Positions 26,595 through 40,057 of a stretch of DNA of 64,000 bases are shown here, in pieces (the first letter of the stretch is position 1; each line of letters begins with the position of its first letter). The stretch spans positions 52,886,001 to 52,950,000 of the forward strand of contig NC_134473.1 of assembly GCF_964194025.1 (NCBI RefSeq), read 5' to 3'. This stretch comes from Convolutriloba macropyga. Lineage: Eukaryota. A model generated the notes under the pieces. The model was given only the letters and a program-made list of their open reading frames with translations. It was not told the DNA's origin and did not search any database. A program made the translations under genes and the position numbers.

Positions 26595-27180
26595 GTCGTG
26601 AAGAAATCGTCTTCTGTAGTTGAGTGGTTTTGCTGAGCGTTTTTAAGATTTTTTTTGTTACGAAATTATTAGTGATTTCGCATAGCATTTCCACTACTAA
26701 ATTTGTATATAGTAGATTAAACTTTCTAAGCCTAAATTTGAAGTGGTATTTGCGTCGCAAATACAGCGTTAACTTTTAGACTGGCCTTTTGCTTGGCGAA
26801 ACTAGAGTTATATCTGATATTCTGAGTTGAGTGATTCGCGGAGCGAAATTAGAAATAAAGAGAGTCAACTGAAAATTGAATTTGGATTCAAGAGAATGAA
26901 TAATTAGGAACAGCAGAAATTTGATCAGCAATTTGATCATATCATATCACAGCTAAAAATGGAAATTTGCGGTAAAACAAAATTAGCAGACATTATGAAC
27001 AGACAATTAAATCACAATGTTAAATAAAAAAATTTAGCAGGCATGAACGAGGAAGATTTGTTCTTCAAATCAAGATTGAACAAAATGAAATAATTGACTA
27101 AACTGAACTAAACTAAAGATTAAATGAAATTAGTGGTTTTAGCAGTACAAATGACAATGACCATTGTATACTATATCACA
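26594..27180 (-). repeat. 5' LTR of gypsy element
   Basis: tgtcgtgaagaaatcgtc... matches 22700 onward; candidate outer end ...atcaca at 27180. Confidence 0.88.
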
Positions 27181-28678
27181 TAAATACTGATCAGAGCTTT
27201 TGAACAGGTGTTCTCGCATTGCGCATATCTGTTTAAAAGATGTTGTAAGGCACTTCAGCGCCTACTGTTTCCGCTTTTGTTTAAGAAAAAAGTTTTGTTC
27301 ACCTTGATCAGAAACTTTGATTGCATAGCGTCTGTAAAAACAGCGCCTTTCAGGTGCTCCTCGGTTTCGGTTTTTTAGAAGTTTATAAAGGTTTTGTTAT
27401 TTTTACTGCAAATTTTGCTCTGCCGTGCATCTTGCCGTGCAATTGCAAAATAACAGACATACAAAAGAAGTCACCAATATGGCTAAGCTGCTGCATGAGC
27501 CTCTTTGACAACAAGAGCTGACACTTGCAAATACAAATATCATCAAGATGCTCTAGAAAGAACGAATGGGGAACAAAAATATAATCAGAAACCTATTGTC
27601 ATAGTTTTCGCATGCACTTCTTGATTTTTTTGGCAACTCGAGATTGCAATCCGCGAGTTTTTGAGTTTTGTGGATTTTCTCAAAGCCTAATATTGATGCA
27701 GTTCTGATTGACCCCCAAAGTTTTACGCATACGGTTTATACTCTGATCAATAACTAAGTAGCTAAATTAAGCTTATTTTTGTGTAACTGATTAAGACTCT
27801 ATGATGACGACAGGCATTGACATTTCTAGGTCAAATGGTTGATTGGAAAGTGTGAGTTCAATGATCAGCTAAAGGTTGAATTTTGCAAGCTTTTATATTA
27901 TTTAACACTTTCTAACGTTTATCTAAAAGTTAAGCTTCTGGATCTTGCATCTTTTAAAATGAAAGTTATTTGCAAGATTCTTTAACAAAAATGTTAACCG
28001 TCAGAATCTCGCAAAACTGTTGCAGTTCGAATGGGGTTGAATAAATATTTTTGCTTAACTATTCATTATCAATAACACAGACAATTTCTCTTAGATGCGT
28101 GTTTTGATCAATGAATAATCTCTGGCCCTTTTTTATTACCATTGATGGCTATTGAATCCACTTGTGATATGCACTTAAAAGGGGTTTTTCCCTTCTAGAG
28201 GAACCCCCCCCCCGTGGTTATATACCGTATAACCCACAACTTTGGTCCCTATAATTGAGTGGGGGGGGGGCTGTAAAAGGTCGACCACTTTTTTAGCATG
28301 ACTTTGTGATTATTTTAAGTAATGACTTTGACGTAGTGCATTTGACACAAAACGACCTTAAAAAGCTAAACATTTCTGGCACAAGAGGTTCTATAAAATA
28401 GCCTAAGGTATATCAGCTCAAATACAGTCAGTGCTAATCCTGCGTGAATCAAACACCAATTTTTGTAATTAATTTTCACGAGCTTTCCTTAATCCCCTCC
28501 GAAATAGCCTCAAGGTAAAATTTCCTCTCTCATATGAAAAAAGTCAATTGTGATAAAGCAAGAAAACACTTCAAAGATTTACTCCGGGAGGTTTTGACAG
28601 GTTGCCGCTGAGTACAGATTTTACTCAAGGTTTCACTGTCCGGTATAATCCTTATATTAACAAGATATTAGTCAAGTT

Positions 28679-29378
28679 TAACAAAAAACATATGAAATTT
28701 TGCAACAAATTTGTCACGAATCTATATCCTCTGACCTATAAGTCTTGTACCTCTCAGCGCAATGAACAAAACTGACCACAAATAATCGTTATCATTTTAA
28801 TTCAATCATTTACGCTTTGTTTTTATATTTTTCAGTTTTTTCTTCCAGAATTAATTGTAACAATCTTAACCTCTCAAAGAGAACATTTTTTGCGCAAATT
28901 TTAAATATCTTTTTGAACATTTTTCTTAAATTACTTTTCGACCCTTAAGTCAAATTTTACCAGTTAAACCAGATATAAGTTTACAAACATTATTTTTAAC
29001 ATTTTAAATCAAAACTTATTTTCATTTATAACAAAAAACATATGAAATTTTGCAACAAATTTGTCACGAATCTATATCCTCTGACCTATAAGTCTTGTAC
29101 CTCTCAGGGCAATGAACAAAACTGACCACAAATAATCGTTATCATTTTAATTCAATCATTTACGCTTTGTTTTTATATTTTTCAGTTTTTTCGTCCAGAA
29201 TTAATTGTAACAATCTTAACCTCTCAAAGAGAACATTTTTTGCGCAAATTTTAAATATCTTTTTGAACATTTTTCTTAAATTACTTTTCGACCCTTAAGT
29301 CAAATTTTACCAGTTAAACCAGATATAAGTTTACAAACATTATTTTTAACATTTTAAATCAAAACTTATTTTCATTTA
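28679..29378. repeat. Near-identical tandem duplication, 2 x 350 bp
   Basis: aacaaaaaacatatgaaattttgc at 28680 and 29030; only two substitutions seen between the copies. Confidence 0.95.
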
Positions 29379-32300
29379 TTTTTATTCCTAATGCATTTAA
29401 TCTTCATGATGCTCGCCGTTACTCTAACGACAGAAATTGAAACGCATATTTCAAATTTCATCCCAGACTTTTTTATTTGGTCGTTTATCTTAAAACTGTC
29501 TTGAATTAAACAATCAAATTAAATCGCGTGAAAAGATAAGTGTTGGTGTTTGTGAATTGTATAAAATAGATAAAAGTCTTTGAACTCTGTTTTCATAATT
29601 GCGAGTATTGATTTAATCCCTTAGAAACAGACAACTTGGTTAGACTTCTAAAGACATCTCAAATATTGATTAGCTCAGAAATTTAGACGAAAGCGGATTT
29701 TATTTCTCAAGTGTATTTATCCGATTATCACAGTTCCCCGGAAAGGTATTTAAGCTATTCTTTGCTATTTTTATTCGCATTTTTTATGCTTTTTTCTTTA
29801 AAAAAAATAAAGGGGTTAAGAAATTTTGTTGCAATGAGCGAATGAGTGCTTGAACTTAGGTAACTTTTTTTTATTGAATCAGTCCAACAACAGACGTTCA
29901 GAATTACATAACCATAATTATAATAGGACGAAACTGATCTTTGAAGAACAAATGCAGTTTAATTGATTTACAACGTCAAATTACCTTTTTATGTTCCTCG
30001 GTTTCGGCACCTAACTCACAATTAAAAATTGACAAATTAAATCTGCTCTATATTGATTTCGCTTAGTGTATCGATTAGCAATGAGGACCAAGTTATTTTT
30101 TGATCCGATGAGAGCCTACTTGATTTTGGTTAATTTCGAACGCGCTTTGTTGTTCAAAACAGATTCAAATTTTGATCACAAGTGTTCGCTTTGTTATTAC
30201 TACTACAATGTAAGGTAAGCATATGTTGTTCTCGACTAGTCCTGCCTGCATGACACAGGATCAAACCTCCAATTCTTCAGCATGTTGACCTGGCAAGTAT
30301 TGCAAATTTTCTCCTGCATAATCCTAAAAAAATGTCAATTTTTAAGTTATTTTGTTGATTTCAAGCGCAAAATAATAATAAATTGTTTGTAGAGACGAGA
30401 AACAAAACAATTTCGCAATTACAATTGGCGCTACCAGGACTCTGAAGAACCTATTGGATTCGTTTGAGGTTTGTTAATATGCTAATAAATGAGGTCTGTT
30501 AATATGCTTTGCGTCCATCCCCGATGGTCTTGAATTGCCAGTTGCAATTCTAAAATTGCCTGTTGCAATCCAAATTTTAAATTCCTAAAGCTCTGCACTG
30601 AAAATTCCAATGAAATCTCTTAAATCAATATGGCAAAAAGAAATACATAACAATTGTTTACAGGCTCAATTTCAGGCGCTCTGTAGCGCAGAAATATGTT
30701 CTGAAATGCACTGAATGCAAAAAAATTATATTTGAAAAATGAGCTGTAGGTGTTGTAGTAAATAGAACGAACTGTTCTTTCTAATTAATTCTGTCCTTCT
30801 GAACGCCCTTATTTCTGCCCTTATGGGCTTTTTACAAAATTTTTGCCTCTATTTTCTTGTTAGTGTTATTTTTTCAGCGTATGTTTTTCATTTATTTCAC
30901 AGAACTATTAGCCTTTTCTTACAACAATTTATTAGACTGCAAGAGAGGTTGCTTAAAAACAATAAACTCTGGCTACTAAAGTATTTCATTTTTCTAAGGG
31001 ATATTTTTAGTGCTCACAGGAATTTTTGAAAAAGCCTCTGAATAATTGGTTTTGCCGATATTATTGTGTTTATACGTATGATATGTTCATTATGTGTGAC
31101 TATTCATGATAAACAAACTAAATAGTGGCGGTCAAGCAAACCAATAGGCAGGCAAGCCAAAATTTGAAAATGAGGTCAAGGAAGTCAAAATATTTTGGGA
31201 CACCGATATTTTAAGTTGCCCCTGGCGGGTCGGTGGGCGCTCTTCGCGCGCGTCGCTGCTTCGCCACGATAAATGACCCGCGGTTTTCGGATTACATCCC
31301 ACAGCGGATGGGAAGCATGGCCATGGTTGTCGGTCCGCTGAGGCCTGTATTCACTAGATGTCTAAAAACTGACGTATTTTTGCTTCTTTGGTGTATTAGA
31401 AGAAATTATATATCATGAAACTATGTGTAGTGTTGATTGTATCGGTTAACAATGTAATATTTCTAATAGATTACATAACTATTACATAACTTTCGGCTTG
31501 TTTTTTGTCGGCTTACTTTTAATTCGGCTTACTTTCCGTTTACCAAAAAAGGTATGTTCGATTTCAGAAACGAAAAAATAGTCAATGCAAAGATTATAGT
31601 TGGTCTTTACACTACGAATAATTGAGATTGAATAAAGTTTTTAAACGCAATGGCAGCACTTATTCCATCGACTTCAATTAGATGCTCCATTGATTTTTCT
31701 TCATTATTTTTTGTTATAATTCAAATTCAACAAAATGAAGTTTTTTATTTTCTCATTTAAAATATAGCAGACGTATTAACCAATGATAGCAAGTTTGTCT
31801 ATTCATTAACAAACAAAATTTTTGGTACCATCCTAACAAAGTAATTCCTATTCATTTTATCACAGTTAGAGTTTGCTGTTTCAACAAACCGTGTCTAGCG
31901 ACAATATCCCAAAATAAAATCGAAATTACCAAAAACTTATCAGTTTGTAACCAAACCTATCAGTTTGGAACCAAACATTTTTTTTCCAAGCTAAAACTAA
32001 ACATATTATTTCACATATCATTATATGTTAAAAAATGAAATTTATTCAAGAAAAGTCAAAGGATAATTTCAGAAAAAATATGGTACTAAAAAGTTTCCAG
32101 ACCTGTAAAACCTGTTTAGGAAAAACTCAAAAAGTTTCAAGCAAAAAAAATTCTGATACAATAAGTTGCCGTCAAGTCAAGTTAATCAAATGGATCTGTG
32201 AGTTCGTAGATCTGGAACTCTGCTTGAACGAAGTTTCATACGGACTTCTACCAAATATTAATTAATTTTTTTTTCTGTAAACGCTGCTTCCTGACTCTAC

Positions 32301-32739
32301 ACATTTAAGGATCAGAATTGCATGCCTCACAATCTGCGTTCCTTTTTTGTGAAAAATGGCGAAAGTACAAAAGGCGTTTATATTGTTGAAGAAGATTCTT
32401 AAGCTTGATTTTTGTCGTTGTTCGTCCTTAATTTTATTACGCTGAGGCTAATTTTATCACTGGGGATCAAAACTTTCAACGTTCAGTCGGTAATGTAAAA
32501 ACTTTCGATCATTATAAAAAGCAACATTTGAACCAAAAAGTGTTCGTGGCTCAATTGGTTTTTTGATGAATCTCTCAATAATTTTCCACATTTTGTAGAA
32601 AATTGGTTCTACTGTGCTTATGCAATCTGGTTATAACAGCTTATAACATATGGTAAGACGATTGCATATTGTAAGAGCTGATATTCTGGTGAAAATGCAA
32701 ACCCTTGAACAGAAGCTTTGTCAATCAAACAAGTAACAA

Positions 32740-34440
32740 GCGAAAAAAATTCCTGAAACGGAATAGAAAAATTAGCCAGCAGAGCTAAGAGTCTATGTTT
32801 GCAAGGTGAATTTGGTTGCGCAGCAAAAATCCTGTAAAATAAGAGATTTGCGCCTAATAGCAGAGCTACGCTGAACGCACTAGCAGAGCTACATCCCAAA
32901 GAAGCGCCTCCAAGCTGGCACTAACCTGATAATGTTATGTTGCAACAAGTGCGTATCAATTTAGCAATAACATAGTTTTTGAACAATTGGAAAATTTCAG
33001 CAAGTAAACTGCAGCTGGTCCTTCCGAGATGTATCCAGAGCATCTATTGCACGAAGTACAGTGTACTGCTCCCGACCACTCCTAATCCGCCCTTAAAGTT
33101 TGTAAATACTGGAAGCAGGGCTAAACTCCCTTCTTTTGTTTCAAAAACCATCTGCAGCGCATTGCTCACAACTCTATCCAAAAAGAAAGGAAGAGTACGT
33201 CCAATAGCTGTCAGTGAAAATCTGAGGCGACTCATTGCTAAATGTTTAGTGAAAGCAGCAAAATCAGAAGCAATTGAGTTGTTCGATTACATTCAGCTAG
33301 GGGTTGGAATCAGCGGAGGTGCGGAAGCAATCATCCACTCTGCGAAAATCACATACGAAAAGATTCTCAACAACGACTCTAAGAAAGGAGTGCTTCAGAT
33401 TGATTTTCGAAATGCATTTAATTCGGTTAAGCGTTCACACTCACTGCAAGCAGCATGCGATTTCATACCAGGTATTGCAGCCTTCACAAGTTTTTGCTAC
33501 TCTCAGCATGTTCCACTACTGTATAATAACACCAGTCTTCAACGTGAGTCGGGTGTTCAAATAAGGGGATCCCTGGGTCCACTTCTCTTTTTGTTGACGT
33601 TATGGCCTGTTATAGTAAAAATAATAGACGCGGTTCCAAATCTTACCCGGCACAATTGGTATTTGGACAATGGTTTCGCTGCAGGCTCTGAAGATCAAAT
33701 CTGAACAACGCTTGATATCTTAGCCAATGAAGGTCCATAAGGGGTCTGTATTTGAGGAAGGACAAGTGCGAACTCTGGTCAATCGTAGATCTACCCGCAG
33801 TTGATCGAGAAGTTGCAGGAAATACGGGCAATGGTTTTGAAGTACTGGGTGCCGCTGTCTGATCACCAGAATTTGTTTCTTCTTGCTTGCAGAAACGTGT
33901 TCAAAAGGTTGTGTCGCTCTTGGAGAATTTGAGTTATCTGGATAATCCTCGATGTGCTCGCGTCATACTTCGTTATTGCCGAAGGACACCAAAATTAGTC
34001 TACTCTCTACGCACTAACACGCCGACAAGGGATTTTGTCGATGTTTTAAAAGTCTTTGATTCCAGCCAACGGGGTGCGTTAGATCAAATATTAGGTACTG
34101 TCACCTGTGACAGTGCATGGAAGCAGTGCATGCCAATATACTTTTCTGCCCTCGGAGTGCGGCAGAGAAGTTCAGTTACGCGATTGAAGCAGCCGAAGAG
34201 CGAAAGTATGCGCAAAACGAAAATAGCTGCTCTGAGGAAGGAATTTTGTTTTTTCCTCTTGCTGTTGAGTCAATGAGCGGTTTGTCAGTTACACTCAAGA
34301 AAACGTTAAAGCGCATAGCTCTGTTAGCTAACAGCAGGAATAATCAGTCGCAAGGACATGCTATCGCCTTTGATGGGTTGGCTCAGTCGGTTTCCGGTGT
34401 GATTGTACGAGGATCGGCTGAAATGTTGCTTGACGAGCCC
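32740..34440 (+). mobile_element. Decayed CRE-clade non-LTR retrotransposon (RT plus partial restriction-like endonuclease)
   Basis: GEFGCAAKIL...LAELHP, RPIAVSENLRRLIAK, QLGVGISGGAEAIIH, QIDFRNAFNSV, SGVQ.(R)GSLGPLLF, WYLDNG; C-terminal AEERKY...FFPLAVESMSG; an internal deletion near 34165 removes the CCHC/PD part. Confidence 0.85.
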
Positions 34441-34566
34441 CGTAACCCCGACTTTTGCAAATGTTTTTTGGCAAATTCTTTTTTGTGCAATCATTTTGAA
34501 CTCCAAGAAGACTGGAGTCAATTAAGAGGGGTCAACCAATGAGAGACCAATTAAGAGGGTCAACCA

Positions 34567-35187
34567 AAGAATGCCATAAAATACTTAGTATATTTTTAGT
34601 ATATATTGTATTCAAAACAACCAATCCGGATGAATTAAAACAAATCTTTGTTATCAAACTTTGATTAGGAATTAAAAATTTTTGCTAATGAAAAGTTGAA
34701 ATAAGGAAGTGTTTGTTTTGTTGAAGAATTCTTCATTCTTCTCAATAGCTCTTTATAACATCAGTCTTGTTCTACTTAAATTTCAGAATTCTTCTCTTTT
34801 CAATCTTCATTGAACCCTTGAAAATTATTTACGTTCTCCCCACTCGTTGGGTGAGACAATACTTACAAAAACGAAGGTCCCGTTTTTGTAAGTATTGTCT
34901 CACCCAACGAGTGGGGAGAACGTAAATAATTTTCAAGGGTTCAATGAAGATTGAAAAGAGAAGAATTCTGAAATTTAAGTAGAACAAGACTGATGTTATA
35001 AAGAGCTATTGAGAAGAATGAAGAATTCTTCAACAAAACAAACACTTCTTTATTTCAACTTTTAATTAGCAAAAATTTTTAATTCCTAATCAAAGTTTGA
35101 TAACAAAGATTTGTTTTAATTCATCCGGATTGGTTGTTTTGAATACAATTTATACTAAAAATATACTAAGTTTTTTATGGCATTCTT
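34567..35187. repeat. Near-perfect 621-bp palindrome (307-bp arms, 7-nt spacer)
   Basis: Arms 34567-34873 and 34881-35187 are reverse complements with about four mismatches; centre aaaaacg-aaggtcc-cgttttt. Confidence 0.97.
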
Positions 35188-36701
35188 CATTTGAGCAGGA
35201 ACAGACGGACGTACTATAATAGACGGAGTCTTTACAATTTTTTATACTTCAGCGAATACATCAAGAAAAAAATCATTTTTGTAACCTCAAAAACTTCACA
35301 ATTGTTTTGGCGGCGCACACATATCATGCTAAACGAGTACGGGTAATATTGCACATAAATTGTTGTTAGCATATTTCAATTATCGTTGTTAAATGTATGC
35401 TATATTACTTACTATATATATTGCTTGTTGTAATTTGGCTATTCGATACCATTAACTTATTGTTCTTGATCTACATTTTACATGCGATAGCTGGTACAAT
35501 TTTTCTGCAAGCTCACTGCAAAGACTAGCATAAAAACTTGCAAGATCATGGTAAGATCCACAGCAATACTTGTAAAGATCTTGGCATCAATGTTGACGCA
35601 TTTGCATAAAAGTTGCAAACATTTGGCGTGGCCTTCCAGGTTCTTAAATATGATTAGTTCGGCTTCCGAAGAAAATTCTGCTGACATGTTTTGAGAGAAC
35701 GCAATTGGGTTTCTTAATTAATTCTCATTAACACTACCAGACAAAAAGACAAAATGTTTCAGAAGCAACCAGAAAAGCAAATAAGGTATTGTATATTGTG
35801 GTCTATATTACATGTCTTTAGGAGTGTTTGTATGATCCTGCAAGAGATAAGAGATTTAATCGGTATAGCTCCGCGGACTTTGCAAATCCACAAACTTTGC
35901 CTTATTTTAAAGCAGATCTGAGACAGGATGAACAAACGTAGCCGTCTATCATAGCAAAAAATTGAGTTCCTTTGTTATTAAGTTTGGCTACTAAAATTTT
36001 CTTAATCAATCACGGCTAGCTGCTAAAACAGGCAAAAACAAAAAAAAAGATTTTAGAAAATTTTTTATTTCTTTCCGGAAAACGAATAAAATAAGCAGAG
36101 TGAAATTTTTGGAGCGTTTTGTGCCGTCACATGACAACGGGTTCTCGTAATTTAGGAGCTAATACTTCTAAAATTGAATAGAGCGCATAAAAGTTGTCAT
36201 TAATTGAACCTTAATTTCTTGAAAGCCACAAAGAAACAAAAAATCATTTTTATATAAAATTGAGAAAACTTTGGTAATAATTTTTCCAAAGAAATATAAT
36301 ACTAGTAAAAATCACAGACGCATTGCAATTTTTACTAAACAGTATCATTGTAGAAATACAGAGTTCTCAGTTTTCACTGCTTGTTCCAGGGCTCATTCAG
36401 TTTTCATACAAGTCTCTAACGCCTTATGTGTCTATTTTGTTCAGCTTTTTAATATTTATTGGTCTGTTTCGTTAAGTCTGATTCAAATCGTCCATAAATT
36501 TTTAATTTGATTGAAAACCGGACTATATTTTGGGCAATGCGCTACATGTCACCGCTTTCCTTCGACGAATTTGCTAGCAACCTTTAACTTATGCACATGA
36601 TCACTAAATAGATGAAACATAAGATCTTGAAAGCATTCAAAATAATGTAACGAGTTTAGCTTGTTTGACATATCTAACAAGTAGTTTCCGTCCTAATGAT
36701 T

Positions 36702-37207
36702 CCCAGGGTGAGGTCCGGATTCAATTTGAGCTACGATCACCCACTCGAACGCACACCAGTGTGTTCCCAAACGTAAATTACTGGGTGTGAACAGCAGTTC
36801 GAGCGCAAAATAGTCTGGGCCATGGTCTGATTTAGGTCTGATCAGAGGTCAATTCGGTCTTGAAGGTCTGTATAGTCTTTATAGTGTTTATAGTCTTTAT
36901 AGGTGCACTAGAGTCTGGACCATAGTCTGGGTACCGTCTAATCAAAAGTTTTCTTGGTCTGGAAAATCTGATTAGAAATCATTTCTCTGGGACATCTGAT
37001 CAGCTGTCATTTCAGTCTGGATAGTCTGATCATAGCTCAATTTGGGTCTGGACCTCAACCTGGGTTCTAATTATAGTCTGGACCATAGTCTGGGTACCGT
37101 CTGGATCTGATCAGAAATTATCTTGGTCTGCTAAGTCTGATCAGAGGTCATTTCAGCCTGGATAGTCTGATCATAGCTCAATTTGGGTCTATGGACCTCA
37201 ACCTGGG
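36702..37207. mobile_element. CCCAG-ended MITE (EnSpm/CMC-like) with duplicated right end
   Basis: TIR cccagggtgaggtcc / ggacctcaacctggg (right end occurs twice, ending at 37064 and 37207); flanked by tt/tt; many gtctgatcag subterminal repeats. Confidence 0.7.
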
Positions 37208-39200
37208 TTGTAATTCACAATTTTTAAGTGATCAATTGATCGATTGCAAATTTTACTGAGTGTTTACTATTGTTCTCTGACAATTTTGGTGATCATGCGC
37301 TGAATTTTTTACCACAGGACGTTTTTGAGGTAAAAATTCGGTGCACGCTCTGCTCTAGTTCTTGATCTGTTGTTTTTGTATTTTGTACATGGAAATCAAT
37401 ATTTTGCACCGTAACAACTGGGCCATCAGCAGGAGAACGTTTAGTCATAATTTCTGCTAGGCAGAGAAAACAAGATTTAAGTTTTTTTCGATATTTTACG
37501 CCTTTTTCATATCTTATTGCAAACCACATTTGTGGGCACAAATCACGCTTATCGGGCACAAGTAATGCTGTACCTAATTTTTTTGTACCATTGTCATAAA
37601 TGATCATAGTAATTTTTAACATCACTTATACCATGGTTAATAAAACTATATACCACAACAAATATATCATGCGTCAATACATAATTAACAAGAGGGTCGA
37701 CCAGTTTCTGAAATTTTGGAAACTCAAGTTGTCAAGTATACGGCGAACTTAAATCCTGAAATATTTCTACAACACATGCGAGTAATTTATATTTAATAAA
37801 GTTAAAACAAGTTCCAACACCAATCTTAATTTATATCCTGTTCCGTTCGAACTTCCTTTAATCAGATCGATTACCCGTCAATCAATCCAGACAACGGGAA
37901 TCATTTCCTAAATTGGAATCATGTTGCTGTGATCTGTACTTCCCTATAAAAATAGGGAAACAAACAAAGTATCTGTATCTAATTACAGCTATTTTGTCTT
38001 GTGAACATGTGTAATGTTTTACAGCCATAAGTCTAAACAGGAATCGCCAGACCTACTGGACCTGAACCTGCGAAGGAGTCGCTAGCGGTAGTTATAAGTT
38101 ATAACCCCCACGGGTTTACTAATGTCCATAATCACAGAGTCATTTGAGAATATAAAGAAACAAAGCTGCAAATATGAGGTAAGACCAAAATGGCTTCAGG
38201 GCCAAAAAGTGCACACCTAGAGAGTTTTCTTAATAATAACTTTTGAAAATATTTATGTAATTAATGAGACCTAATTTTTCGTTCTCTAAATGTGGATGTT
38301 TTGATAACGCAAACAAAATTCTAATTAAACTTTAAAGACAATTAGTTTCAATTGACGCGAATTTTCTAATATTAACTTTGAAAATTGTTATGGTTTTTAA
38401 CATTGGACATATTCGGTAGGCACCTTGAAAACATTACGATATTTAGTGTAGTCATTTTAGAAGGCAGATTTCTAAATTAATTTTGCAGATTAAGTCAAAA
38501 GTCACGCATTTATATACCAAAACTTGTTCTATTTATGAAACTCTTATTAATATGAGTAAAAAAAAATACAACCAACAGCCTCTAATGGTATGTACTTCGG
38601 AAAACCTCTAGCAGTTCTCAAAGTTTCCGACTTTTGTATTATATAGAGAGTTCAAATAGGTTTTGCTACAACGCTTTCGATGGGAGCCCAATTCAATGAC
38701 AGGTTCGAGTGTTGACAATCTTACCTTGATTAATTGTGGAGTACAGATGCTCATTTCCTGAATTAACCCTGTTACAGGTTCCGTTCCAAGGGGAAACTTT
38801 TATTTTAACCTCGACACTGAGTCGTCAAATCATTTCCACGATTAATTCCGTAAGCTCAAAATCAACGATCAACTTTTAAGAGAAGATTCTTTCAAAACAA
38901 AACATTCAATTTGTTTAAATCTTTTTCTAAGAAAAGGAAATTTGAAGTTTTCAACAAAAATCTTCAATTTAAAAGGTGAGCTTATTTTCTATGACTTTTG
39001 CATCAAAGTTTTCTCTCTTGACTGACTGCCTTCCTCTAGAAAGAACGTAAGTCTTGTCATGCGTGTTTATTGGTGTATGTGGGGGGGGGGGGGGGGGTGT
39101 GTTTGATTGTGAGTGCGTGCGTCCGTGGGTCCTTGCAAACATGTGTGCAGTTCCTCTGTTTTTTTTATTTGTCCATCTGTCGAAAGTTATGTCCAGATAA

Positions 39201-39372
39201 CCCACGTTGAGGTGCCAAACGGAAAAGACCTCTGATCAGACCCAAGTCCCAGACAACTTCGAGCGCACTTCGAGCGCACATGGTGTTTCGAGCGCACTTC
39301 AATCTGATCAGTGGACAATTTGGTCTGGCACGGTCTGATCAGAGGTCTCTTCCGGATGGCGCCTCAACTGGG
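39201..39372. mobile_element. Short MITE related to 36702-37207
   Basis: cccacgttgaggtgcca..cggaa.agacctctgatcagacc / ggtctgatcagaggtctcttccggatggcgcctcaactggg; aa/aa flanks; shares ttcgagcgca. Confidence 0.75.
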
Positions 39373-40057
39373 AAGCTTGACGTAAATATACCAAGCTGAG
39401 CTAACAAACAACATGATGGCATCGGGTCCAAAGTAGCATATCAATGGTCGAAATAGAGCGTTTGCCTCCAAATTTTCTTTGAAAATAAAAAAAACTTGAA
39501 AAACTGAATGGTGCAGTCAAAAATTGCTAGATAAAAACTAAAAGCAAATGAGTGTAAGATCTAAATGGATTTTGTTAGGGTTTAATCTTCATAAACTAGT
39601 TTGACAGCTCCCTCCACTTTCGTTCAGAAAAAAAACCAAAATTATCCAACATAAAGTCGAGTACCTATTTTCTTTTTTCATTACGAGCTAGAACATGATA
39701 CATTTTGCAGCCATTTTGCAACCATTTTAGGCTGTAGATTTTGTAACAAAATATTGGACCTTAATGGCAATATTTGGTAAATACAGTTGCCCACATTTAC
39801 TTAAATTAAACTTCTCTTCGAATTTTGCTAGCAAATAATTCATTGTACGGACGGTGTCAATGACTTTTGAAATAAATTTCGCATCTCCAAGAAAGGAAAG
39901 CAAGTATAGACCATCAAGTAGAAAGCAAACTACAGAAATATTGGTTTCATAAATAGCCCGAGTACTTGTATACGCAAAAAAAAATTATTTAAGGCCCATA
40001 TTGTTTACAAACTTGCCGGTAATCTCAGTCCATAGGCCTGCATTGGGGAAGGAAAAT

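Larger units (their letters stand above)
22700..27180 (-). mobile_element. Decayed Ty3/gypsy LTR retrotransposon (Mag-like), integrase deleted
   Basis: Two ~570-bp direct repeats flanking gag-PR-RT-RNaseH remnants; PBS next to the 5' LTR; possible TSD taaaa/taaat at 22695-22699 and 27181-27185; right boundary tentative (27163-27180). Confidence 0.92.

Noticed and set aside
37868-38780. Host exons on the minus strand (ag...gt bounded segments at ~37873-37943 and ~38726-38769)
   Set aside because: The first has stops in all three frames; the second is short with no recognisable product; no gene model can be supported
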